Assembly (NCBI RefSeq): GCF_009914755.1
Contig: NC_060932.1
Strand: one strand, 5' to 3'
Source: the human T2T-CHM13v2.0 reference genome, Homo sapiens
DNA: 64,000 bases
Numbering within the stretch: position 1 is the first letter of the stretch; each line of letters begins with the position of its first letter. Under the pieces are notes generated by a model. It was given only the letters and a program-made list of their open reading frames with translations, was not told the DNA's origin and made no database searches. Shown piece after piece: positions 50,761 to 61,574 of the stretch. The position numbers and the translations under genes are program-made.

Positions 50761-51382
50761 GAGATGGACAGCTTCATGGAGGTAGTAGTCTTGAACAGGG
50801 GCTTTTGTAGGATGGTTAAGATTTTTACAGATGGATAGAAGAGGAAATATCATTTTAGGAGAGAGGAATATTACTAGTGAAAGCATGGAGGTGTAAATAG
50901 TCATGCTGTGTGTATGTGGAAACCATTTTAACTATAACAAACGGGAACTTAATCGATTCCCAAAAGTTCAATTGGAGACTGGTGGGGAGAACCAGAAATT
51001 AAAATTGAACCCATCAAATTGTATACTTTAAACATGTGCCATGCTTTTTATGTATCAATTATACCTTAATAAAGCAGTTTTTAAAACTTGAATTCATGGA
51101 AATAAAGTGCCGTAGAAGAGTTTTTGAAAGAGTGTTATAAATGCTTGACTACACCATTAATTATGCTTATGTTTGGAGAAACTTGGTTTAATACCTCTTA
51201 TAAGCATGTCTGGACAAGAATTAGCCATGTTGTAATGGACTGTATATGTCCCGATGTTACCAAGGTTTCTTTCCAAAGTTATTTTTTTATAAATTGAAAT
51301 ATGCCTTGACTATGTGGAAAGTACTATCCTTATGAAAAGTTTCTTTTGTTTACATTCTTACAAATTTTTTCTTCTTTTAAAG

Positions 51383-51442
51383 TGTTAGTGACAAACAGTC
51401 TGCGGTAACTGAATCCTCAGAGGGTACAGTATCCTTATTGAG
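51383..51442 (+). CDS. TERF1: TERF1 exon 7, 60-nt cassette exon (skipped in the PIN2 isoform)
   Basis: Acceptor ttttaaag|T; encodes (S)VSDKQSAVTESSEGTVSLL(R); donor AG|GTGAAG; symmetric phase 2-2; 20 aa. Confidence 0.96.
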
Positions 51443-53088
51443 GTGAAGTAAATTGACGTTTTTCTTCTTTGTCTTTCAAATCTTTGATTGAAGCAATTCA
51501 TGCAGACCTAATAAAAACTACCACATAAATGGTACAATTGAAAGAATATCTCAGGGTCCTAGTTAGCCCAACAGATAGTCACGACTCTGAGACATCTTGA
51601 AATTCCAAACTGTAGAGACCTGCTCTGAGACTGGGTTGTTTCACATTGTTTCTACAAAGCCATTATTGGAATACACATATAGGGAGTTCTTGAGCTTAAA
51701 ACAGATGTTTAGTAAACACTTCTCTGTCACAGAAACAAAGATATGATACTGGGGCAGGAAGGGGATGGCAATTACATTTCTAATGAATGCCCCATGCCAA
51801 TTTTATGAAAGTTACTTGAAAAACTTTATTTGATCTAATAGAATCGCTGTGACAGACAATACAACCTGTCCCGAGGGCAGAAAGTCTGCATGAATGATTT
51901 CTAACATAGAGCAGTTGGGATCACAAGTGGAACCATGGGGAGGAGGTGGCTGACTTCATGTGGAGGAGGTGATTGGACATGAGGAACTGAGAGGCCAAGA
52001 TGGTATATGAATTGTCTGTGAGAACACTGAAATAATTCATAATAGCAGCACTTAGGTGTAGAGAAAGATCTGTGAATGATGAAGAAGTGCTTGGAAGGAT
52101 GGTAAATGGCTGTGAAGAATGATTGAAGGTGATACATCTCAGTGGCATGAATCCTCAAGGCTGAAGTTTCTATGGAAGCAGGATCTTGAAAGTGGCATTC
52201 ATTAGGAAATGAAAACTGCTGTCTCTGGAGTCCTATAGTTTATGGAGGGTGGAAGATTAAGCCAATCTCTACTTGAGAAGGCTACCAAGGAGAGAAACAT
52301 TGTCCCCAGGGGAAAGCTAGATTTTAGACAAGGCAAAGAGCGGAGAGGAATGGGTGAAGAGATTGAGAATGACATTCTAGAAAGGACAATAGAAAGTCTT
52401 AGGAAGGAGGGACAGAGGGGAAGAGAGAAAGGATGGCTGGTCACCTAGAGTATCTATAGGGATAAAAGTATAGCTAAAATAACCTACATTTTAGGTGGAG
52501 ATAATACAGCTGCCTAAGCTTAGGTGAACTGCTTTTTGAATCTTAGTTTGCTCCTTCATAAAATTGGATTAATATAATACCAATTTGGCAGAGTTTTCAA
52601 AAAAAATGATGCCACATCCTGTGTTTCCAAACAGCCTTACCTTTCAAAACTCTTTTTGGAAGCTGTAAAGATAATCAAGTGATACCTGCCATTATGTAAA
52701 GGAATTTTGGAATCCGTCTTTGGGGAAATAAAAGCCATAAGAGAGAATGAAAGCTAATACTTTGTAGTTTAAGGATTTTTTTCCTTGATGTATCTAATTG
52801 GAAGGCCGAAAGAGTCTTGTCTTTTCTTTTTTTTGCCTGCTTCTTCTGAGACATCAAAAAACATCTTGATTTCTGCGGAGTAGATGAGATGGAGAAAGAT
52901 GAGACAGGCAACAGAAATCTTAAGAGGCCACAGGTTAAGATGGGGTACTAAGCAGGGAGAGCACCAAAGGAAGTAGGCCAAAGTATTAATAGAAGATCCT
53001 AGAACAGATTAAGGCAAATCATTTACCTGTTTTCCATTGCCTTACTATCTTTCTGGAGCCAATTACAAACTTTCCTGTTTTATTTTAG

Positions 53089-53180
53089 GTCTCACAAGAA
53101 TCTTTTCTTATCTAAGTTGCAACATGGAACCCAGCAACAAGACCTTAATAAGAAAGAAAGAAGAGTAGGAACTCCTCAAA
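53089..53180 (+). CDS. TERF1: TERF1 exon 8 (linker, first half of basic NLS)
   Basis: Acceptor ttttag|G; encodes SHKNLFLSKLQHGTQQQDLNKKERRVGTPQ; donor A|GTGAGT; 92 nt. Confidence 0.97.
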
Positions 53181-53430
53181 GTGAGTACTGTTATAACAGT
53201 TTTAGAAGGGGAGAATTGATGTGTCCTCAAACAATCCAGCCATTGACTTTACCACTATAGCAAAAAAACACACACTTCAGAAAACTGAAGCACAAAGTCT
53301 TGACTTCATAGAGTTAATTGAGATAGTGTTTAATTTAGAAAGTTAGCTATTTTGACTGTCTAGCTTAGGGTTCTTTTGCTATGGTGGTACACTGCTTTTC
53401 TACCTTCACTGTGTTCAGCAACTTCAAGTA

Positions 53431-53743
53431 TAGTCATATGCCACATCATGACATTTCAGTCAAAGACAGACTGCATTGCATATAGGATGGTGGTCCTGTA
53501 ATAATGTAATGGAGCACATATGGAAACTTGATAATGTGGCACTTGATATTGGCATTGCATATCAAGTAGGGGAAATGATTGATAATTAGCAATGGTACTG
53601 GGAACCGTGGGTTTTCTATATGAATATATATATATATATGTATGTTTGTGTAAGTGTACTCTTAATAATGTTCACATAAGGACAAAATCACCCAACGCCC
53701 CATTTCTCAGAACATATCCCCCTTGTAAAGCAATCCGTGACTG
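53431..53743. mobile_element. Tigger3-family internally deleted element
   Basis: TAGTCATATGCCACATCATGACATTTCAGTCAA...CATTTCTCAGAACATATCCCC...GTGACTGTA, with TA flanks. Confidence 0.7.
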
Positions 53744-53924
53744 TAGTTACTTTTCAGAAACATTAAGTACAGTTGATTCTTGTTATTCACAGTAGTTACG
53801 TTTAATAAAGTCTGAGAGCGTTGACTTAGCAAATTACAAGTTTCTTTTTGGTATGTAGTCATTTAACAAATGTTTATTGACCCCACAGTAATATTTTAGG
53901 TACTGAACTGATACTGAGATTTTT

Positions 53925-54072
53925 TTTTTTTATACTTTAAGTTTTAGGGTACATGTTCACAACGTGCAGGTTTGTTACATATGTATACATGTGCCATGTT
54001 GGTGTGCTGCACCCATTAACTCGTCATTTAGCATTAGGTATATCTCCTAATGCTATCCCTCCCCCCTCCCCC
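53925..54072 (-). mobile_element. 5'-truncated L1PA 3'-end insertion
   Basis: Poly-T then TATACTTTAAGTTTTAGGGTACATGT...GCTATCCCTCCCCCCTCCCC; TSD CTGAGATTTTT at 53914-53924 and 54073-54083. Confidence 0.92.
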
Positions 54073-54494
54073 CTGAGATTTTTAATATGGATCTAAACCT
54101 AAATACTTATTGATAAAAATAATAGACATAATGAAATTAGGTTTATTTCTCCATGCTCATAAGGTACCATCTTGGTGCCAGGCAAATGATAGGCCTGCAG
54201 TAAATATTATAGAATAAATTTGTTCATACCTGATGGCTGATGACATGGCAACCATTAGCAAATATTTGTAAATAGAGTTCTAAAATATTTACATTCATAG
54301 ATATCATTCCCATTTTTAAAGATGAGAAAACGGAAACTCAGTAAAGTTATGTGCTTAATGTTGGTGGAGTTCCAAGATTGGTTTTCTATACCTATTGCTG
54401 CAAGACGGCTGGGAATCATTTTAAATGAGAATAATGTGAGCATTTTCCTAGGGTTTTAATTTCATAGTATGAAATTCAAAGAAAAGGAAATGTA

Positions 54495-55605
54495 GGCCAG
54501 GCGCAGTGGCTCACGCCTATAGTCCTAGCACTTTGGGACGCTGAGGCAGGTGGATTGCCTGAAGAGCTCAGGAGTTTGAGACCAGCCTTGGCAACATGGC
54601 GAAACCCCGTTTCTACTAAAAATAGAAAAAATTAGCCAGGCATGGTGGTGCCTGCCTGTAATGCCAGCTACTCAGGAGGCTGAGGCACGAGAATCCAGCT
54701 TGAACCTAGGAGGTGGAGGTTGCACTCCAGCCTGTGTGACAGAGCGAGACTGTCTCAAAAAAGAGAAAACATGGTTTATCAGCAAACTCGAAGACTATAA
54801 ACTCTTTGCAAACTGGCTTGACAGTGACTGTGGCTATTGAGTCTATAAGGTCTTTGAGTTTTAGCACATTTTATTAGGTGTCAGTAATAAGTACGTTTTC
54901 TTAAAAAAATTCAGTGTACTTCAGTGGTACCCAGGTACCCCCTCTTTATAGTTTGAGGCTAATAATTTTGTTTGTGCTAAACCTTTTTTTCTCTTCTTTT
55001 TCTGTTTTTGGAGACAGAGTCTTACTTTGTTGCCCAGGCTGGAATGCAGTGCAGTGGTGAGATCTTGGCTCACTGTAGCATCTACCTTCCCAGGCTCAGT
55101 TGATCCTCCCACCTCAGCCTTCCAAGTAGCTGGGACCACAGGCACATGCCGCCACACCCTGCTATTTTTTTGTTTGTTTGTTTGTTTGTTTGTTTTGAGA
55201 TGGGGTCTTGCACTGTCACCCTGGCTGGAGTGTGGTGGATCAATCTCGGCTCACTGCAACCTCCATTTCCAGGTTTCAAGCAATTCTCCTGCCTCAGCCT
55301 CCTGAGTAGCTGGGATTACAGGAGTGTGCCACCACACCCGGCAGATTTTTGTATTTTTAGTAGAGACGGAGTTTCGCCATGTTGGCCAGGCTGGTCTGGA
55401 ACTCCTAACCTCAGGCAATCCGCCCACCTCGGCCTCCCCAAAGTGCTGGGATTACAGGCGTGAGCCACCACACCCGGCCTTTTTGTGTTTTTTGTAGAGG
55501 TGGGGTTTGGCATGTTGCCCCTGCAGGTCTCTAACTCCCAAACTCAAGCAATCTGCTTGCTGTAATTGTGCTGAGATTACAGGCATGAGCCACTGCTCCC
55601 AGCCC
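54495..55605. mobile_element. Intron 8 inverted Alus (sense 54495-54762; antisense nested pair 54985-55605)
   Basis: Alu motifs in opposite orientations about 220 bp apart. Confidence 0.88.
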
Positions 55606-56942
55606 TAACCTTTTTTTCAAAAACTAATTTTTGTGTTGTAAAATTGACATATGCTTAGGGAAAAAAAATCAAGTTAATTCAGAAAACTTGAAAGAAAAAG
55701 CCAAATCATCCAGATTTCATCAGTGCAGAAAAACTCACCAGCATTGAGTGAAATTATTAATATTTGAGTTGAAAGCTTTTTATAGGTAAATGCATTCAAT
55801 CCTCAAAACAACCTTATGAGATTAGTGCTTTTTTTTTTTATCATCTCCATTATACAGATGAGGAAGCTGAGACTTAAAAAGGTAAATAAAATGCCTTTGG
55901 TTACACAGTGTATGAATAGAACAGGAGCCAAAATTTGAAATCAGACAGTCTGACTCCAGAGCCCAGGCTTTTAATTGCTTAGATGGACTACCTCAGTAGA
56001 AGAATGTATAGATTGAAAGCAAATCAAATTTTAGAAAAATGTCATCAAGTTACATATGTTACTTTAAAATATATTTACATTTAATTTTTAATATGTAAAA
56101 CTGAAGGATTCAGTACTTCAGATAAAGGTGGTTTCACAAGAAATCTATCAGTAACCTTTATGATCTGTGTAAAATAAAGAATATGAAATGCTTTAAGAGG
56201 TCATTCAACTTTAGTTAATCAACTTTAGTCTGTTGATTGACCTTAGCAAAAATTTCTTCCACCAATCCCCAAATTTTCTTGGTTATATTTTATATAATCA
56301 ATAGTTGTAGCATTGTTTTCCCATGTTGGATTTTCAGTTCAAAATACTTTTTCATTTTTGTAGAGACTTTTTTACTGACCTATGAGGGAAGTTGTTTAAT
56401 TTCCAAATATCTTTCTGTTACTGATTTTTAGTTTAATTCTATTTCAGTCTGTGAATATGCTTCGTAGATTTTTTTTTTTTTAAGATTTGTTTTATGGCCC
56501 ACAGTATGGTTTATTTTGGTCCATTTGGATGTGCACAGAGAAGAACGTGAATTCTGGCATTGTTGAATGAAGTGTTTTAAAATGTCAATTAGGTCAAGTT
56601 TTTAATAATGCTGTTCAGGTATTCTATATATGTACTCATTTCCTGTCTATTGTTGTATCAATTAGAAAAGTGATAAATCTCCCAAATATAATTATGAATT
56701 TGTCTTTACATTTATGTGATTATTTGCTTTTTGCTATTTTAGTCCCCTAGCACCTGTTTAAACATTTCTCCTAATGCTAAAATCTCTCCATCAGAGCTAG
56801 TGTGGTTTCCATTTTCCTGACTGGAACACACCCAGTATATATGTCAAAATCCCATATATGTCAACATCCCATGTTTGTAGTAGGGTAATCTTATTGTTTT
56901 TCAAGAGTATCTTGACTATTCTGGTGTTTTGGTGTTCCATAT

Positions 56943-57433
56943 TGTCAGGGAAAAAACCTAGCCATAGGGCTTTATAAGCAGTAAACCTGCTGCTACTTTA
57001 TAGATACAAAAGGTAGACAACAAGACTTAGTGACTTAATGAGTTAGAGTAAGACAGATTATTATAGCAAACAACATGGCATTGATGTAGTTGTTCAGATT
57101 TCCCTACCCCAAGTCCGGTGGACTATGCAACAGGCCTAAATGGATGCTGCGAAGGCAGTAAGTTATATTTCAGCTGAGGAAAACTCAGAGCCAAGGGCCC
57201 AGTGCTTTTTGAGTAAGCAACAAAACATTGTAACAAATAGCAAACAAGCCAGTACCCTCTCCCAGGAGAGAGCAGTTGGCCTGGTCATCATGTTGTGGTT
57301 TCCTTGACCTGCTTAATTGCCTATCTGACTGGCTATAGAAAATGCACTATTTCAGGAGATGAATAAGGCTTTTCTACATTCAACAGGAATTGCAGGGGTG
57401 CTCAGAGCCAATAGTGGACTACCTGTCTTAACA
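56943..57433 (-). mobile_element. Old ERVL-type LTR (LTR40-like), probably antisense
   Basis: TG...CA-bounded ~490-bp block interrupting L1-like sequence; family assignment tentative. Confidence 0.4.
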
Positions 57434-57597
57434 CATAATTTTAGAATAATTTTGTTAAACTATACGAAGAACCCTGTTGAGATTTTTATGTGAAATTGCA
57501 TTGTTAACAATAGATGATTTTGCAGAGAACTGACACCATTACATTAAGTTTCCTGTGCATGAACAAAATACATTTCTCTAACATGTTTTTATATATA

Positions 57598-59083
57598 CAG
57601 TCATCCCTTGGTTTTCACAGGGTATTGGTTCCAGGACCCATCCCCCCGCCCCCACAGCAGGGATACCAGAATTCTCAAATGCTCAAGTCCCTTACATAAA
57701 ATGGCATAGTCTTTGCATATAGACCTGTGCACCCGCCTACCACATGCTTTAACTCATCCCCAAATTACTTACAGTAACTAAAACAATGTAAATGATAAAT
57801 AACTAAATTGTAGTAAATAATTGTTAGACTATATTTTTTATTTGTATCACTTTTATTATTGTAGTTATATATAAATATATATAATATATATTTATATATA
57901 ATATATTATATATATATGACCTATGAGGGAAGTTGTTTAATTTCCAAATATCTTTCTGTTACTGATTTTTAGTTTAATTCTATTTCAGTCTGTGAATATG
58001 CTTCATAGATTTTTTTTTAAAGATTTGTTTAATGGCCCACAGTATGGTTTATATGTAATATAATATATAATATATATAATATATAATGTACATAATATAT
58101 AATTATAATATATATAATAATTATACTACATATAATATATATCATATATTATATAAAACCCCATATATACTATATAATTAATAATTTATATATTATAATA
58201 TATAATAATTTATATTATAATATATAATATAATAATATATATTATATAATATAATTTATATATAATTATAATATAATAATTTATATATAATTATAAAGCT
58301 TTACTATGTATATAAAACATGTTATGAGAAGCTTTATCTATCTTATCTACCTATCTACTTACCTACCTACCTACCTAACTGTTGGCCCTCTATATTCACA
58401 GATTCCACATCTGTGGATTCAACCAACCTTGGAATAAAATATTTGGGGGGAAAATACATATAAATTTTTATATATAATATATAATATATATTATATATGT
58501 TATATTAACATATAAAATATATTAAATATATTTATATATAATAAATTTATATATTTGGAATAAAATATATAAACCTTGGAACCTTGGAATAAAATATTCG
58601 GGGGGGAAAATATATATATTTTTTATATATAATATATATAACATATCATAAATTTATTATATATATTATATATTATATATAACATATATAATATATATTA
58701 TATGTATAATAATATTATATTATATATAATATATATTATATAGTATAATATTATATTATATATAATATATATTATATAGTATGAAATATATATTATATAT
58801 AATATTATATAGTATAATATATATATTATATATAATATATAGTATAATAATATATATATTATATATAATATATAGTATAATAATATATATAATATATAAT
58901 ATATAAATATGATATATAATATATATAAATATGATATATAATATATATAAATATGATATAATATATAATATATATAAATATTATATATATATAAAACATA
59001 TATATATTTTTCCCCCCGAATATTTTATTCCAAGGTTGGTTGAATCCACAGATGTGGAACCTGCGAATATAGAAGGCCAGCAG
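57598..59083. mobile_element. MER2-family element split by a ~1.1-kb TA-rich expansion
   Basis: Left end TA|CAGTCATCCCTTGG...GCTCAAGTCCCTTACATAAAATGG; right end GGTTGGTTGAATCCACAGATGTGGAACC...GGCCAGCAG|TA. Confidence 0.82.
57866..59006. repeat. Long low-complexity TA-rich tract with embedded duplicated segments
   Basis: Nearly pure A/T (TATAA/TATAT motifs) apart from inserts at 57917-58052, 58289-58460 and about 58555-58615. Confidence 0.92.
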
Positions 59084-59213
59084 TAGGTAGGTAGGTAGGT
59101 AAGTAGATAGGTAGATAGATAGATAAAGCTTCTCATAACATGTTTTATATACATAGTAAAGCTTTATAATTTACTACATACAAATGTATCACTTTTGATA
59201 AAGTTATCTAAGA

Positions 59214-59518
59214 GGCCATGACCTGATGGCTCATACCTGTAATTCCAGCACTTTGGGAGGCCAAGGCAGGAGGATTACTTGAGCCCAGGAATTAAGAGAC
59301 CAGCCTGTGCAATATAGTGAAACCATGTCTTTACAAAAAAATTTTAAAAAATTAGTCGGGCATGGCGGCCGGTGCCTCTAGTACCAGCTACTCAGGAGGC
59401 TGAGGTGAGGGAGGATAAGGCAGAAGTATCACTTGAGCCCAGGAGTTTGAGCTGTGATCATACCACTGCACTTCAGCCTAGGCAAAAGAGAGAGACCCTA
59501 TCTCTTAAAAAAAAAAAG
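59214..59518 (+). mobile_element. AluJ-like element
   Basis: Degenerate Alu dimer with A tail; flanked by AAAGTTA(-/CC)TCTAAGA repeats. Confidence 0.85.
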
Positions 59519-59519
59519 T

Positions 59520-59860
59520 TACCTCTAAGAATGTTAGATTTTTTTGTGGCTATTGTAAATAGTATCTTTATATTGTTTTAATTAAATTATTTTAACTGTT
59601 TGTTGCTAATGAATAGAAATCCTATTGCTAATGAATGAAATCCTTTTTGTGTATTGATCTTACTGATCTTTTAATTCTATTTGTAGATTCTCTTAGGTTT
59701 TCTGCCTAAACAATTATCATTTTTCAGTAATTACAGTTCTGTTTCTTTTCAGTTACATATATTTGTCTTACCAAACTGACTATGAATAAGAAAGAAGGAG
59801 TGAGGAAAGGATTATGCTTCTTAGTACTCCTAAAACATTATCGTAAGAAAATTTCAACGA
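59520..59860 (-). mobile_element. Ancient L1M fragment, antisense, hosting the candidate cassette exon
   Basis: GCTATTGTAAATAGTAT...TTTGTGTATTGATCTT...GTAGATTCTCTTAGGTTTTCT is typical of the antisense strand of old L1M ORF2. Confidence 0.65.
59753..59842 (+). CDS. TERF1: Candidate in-frame 90-nt alternative exon of TERF1 (30-aa insertion; probably the TERF1-tsi exon)
   Basis: Acceptor gtttcttttcag|, donor ATC|GTAAGA, exactly 90 nt, phase 1-1, no stop codon. Gives ITYICLTKLTMNKKEGVRKGLCFLVLLKHYR between exons 8 and 9. Confidence 0.72.
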
Positions 59861-60162
59861 TCCTATGCAATAAATATTTTTCCTTTTTTTTTAAACAGAT
59901 AATGGAAAGACAGGTTCAGGGATGTGAAATGATTTATTTAAAGACATATAAAAGAATCAAGACTCAAAACACTCCCCCTCTGATTTCAAAGGCTGATCTT
60001 TGCACTATACCATACTGCTTCCAGATTTGAAGGAAAAAGTTAAACATGTACTTTTTCTTAGAATAGCTTAGAAAAGGAATTTCATTATAATCATTAAAAA
60101 TATAATTGCTCTTTTTTCTTTAATGTAAATCAATATTTATGACATTATTTTTCTACTTTTAG

Positions 60163-60266
60163 GTACAAAAAAGAAAAAAGAAAGCAGAAGAGCCACTGAA
60201 AGCAGAATACCTGTTTCAAAGAGTCAGCCGGTAACTCCTGAAAAACATCGAGCTAGAAAAAGACAG
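60163..60266 (+). CDS. TERF1: TERF1 exon 9 (NLS, S367 and T371, start of Myb domain)
   Basis: Acceptor cttttag|GT; encodes (S)TKKKKESRRATESRIPVSKSQPVTPEKHRARKRQ; donor CAG|GTATTT; 104 nt. Cumulative CDS is 1143 nt = 381 codons. Confidence 0.97.
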
Positions 60267-60816
60267 GTATTTGGTTTTTTAAAATTCGAATAACGCTTAT
60301 GGACATTAAAGTTATAACTTGAATAATTGTGATTATTTCTGTTCAACCTCCCCAAAATTTTGAGTGTAAAATATTTGCCCTTTGCCATCTTTTATTTTGC
60401 CGTCTTAGATAGGTGACTAATCAGCCTATTCAAAATGAAATACTTCACCCATATTTAAAAAGTCTTAAGTTGGGTGTTGGTACTGACATCTGTTTGGAAT
60501 TATTGTGATACTATCATAAAATCTGTTTATTAGATGTAAGGTGGGACTTAACTCCACATTATAAGCTTTGATGTTTAAATTTTCCTAACAGGGATCCAGT
60601 GTAAAAAGAGTTTTCTTTACTTAAAAACAAAGAAAAGATACCATTTGATCACAAAATTTTATTAAGGTGGGTCAATTTAGGGCTTGATTCATTTGCTTCC
60701 CCTTTCAGTGACTATAGTCTTGTGCCATCTGTCCAGTGTCTGAAACCATTATTTTATGTATTTTTTGATTGTCTAGTTGTTCACAGCAGATGGATAAATC
60801 TGGTCTTTGTTTTTGT

Positions 60817-60817
<1 letters not shown>

Positions 60818-60865
<48 letters not shown>
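60818..60865. repeat. (TG)n microsatellite at the tail of an antisense FLAM (60872-61000)
   Basis: Uninterrupted TG run of about 23 units. Confidence 0.95.
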
Positions 60866-60867
<2 letters not shown>

Positions 60868-61574
60868 CCCCCTTTTTTTTGTAGAGATGGTGTCTCACAA
60901 TGTTGCCCAGGCTGGTCTTGAATTACTTGGCTCGAGTGATCCTCCCACCTTGGGCTCCAAAAGTGCTGGGACTGTAGGCATGAGCTACTGCACCCAGTCA
61001 GGCCCTTGTTTTCTTTTGTGGCTGGAACCGTTTTCTTACTCGAAGGTGCCTTTTTTTTTTTTTTTTTGACAAGCTAATTGCAAATAGTTCATACTGAGGT
61101 GCTGCAGATAGTGTCAAGTTGCACGCTACTCGGAATATCTTCTGTGACTCAAAGTTATGTTACCCTTCATTTCTCCCCCAGTGAACATAGCAAGCAACTT
61201 CTACTTTTCATTTGCTTCCTACACATATTACTTGCCTTTGTGATTCCCTTTTTTAGCCTTGCCATCTCTGGCCTTTAGTAGGTTGAGGGGAGCTCCTGCT
61301 GTTGCTGACCAGAGATTTAGGGGGTGTACCTCAGGGTATTTTCATTAGAAAAACAGATGGCACACACTTCCTGAGATCTGTAGACAGAGTTGCTTTTTCA
61401 TACACCTAAGTTGCACTGATTATTTATACCCTTTCTACCTACATTATGGTTCAGGTTGTAAATTTCTCTTAACTTTTTTCAGAGTTTGGGATTTTATTTC
61501 TTGTTGCTTTTGGGTGAATTCCCAAAGGAGAAGAGGGAAATGCTAACCTTATGCTACCATATGTGACCACAGTC

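Noticed and set aside
55858-55881. 24-nt MIR-derived microexon (acag|...AAG|gtaaat) in intron 8
   Set aside because: It has an in-frame TAA in the TERF1 frame and no other support.
59781-59805. Similarity of the cassette exon (AATAAGAAAGAAGGAG, NKKEG) to exon 8 (AATAAGAAAGAAAGAAG, NKKER) as exon duplication
   Set aside because: Only about 12 low-complexity purine bases match and the surroundings are L1-like, so coincidence is more likely.
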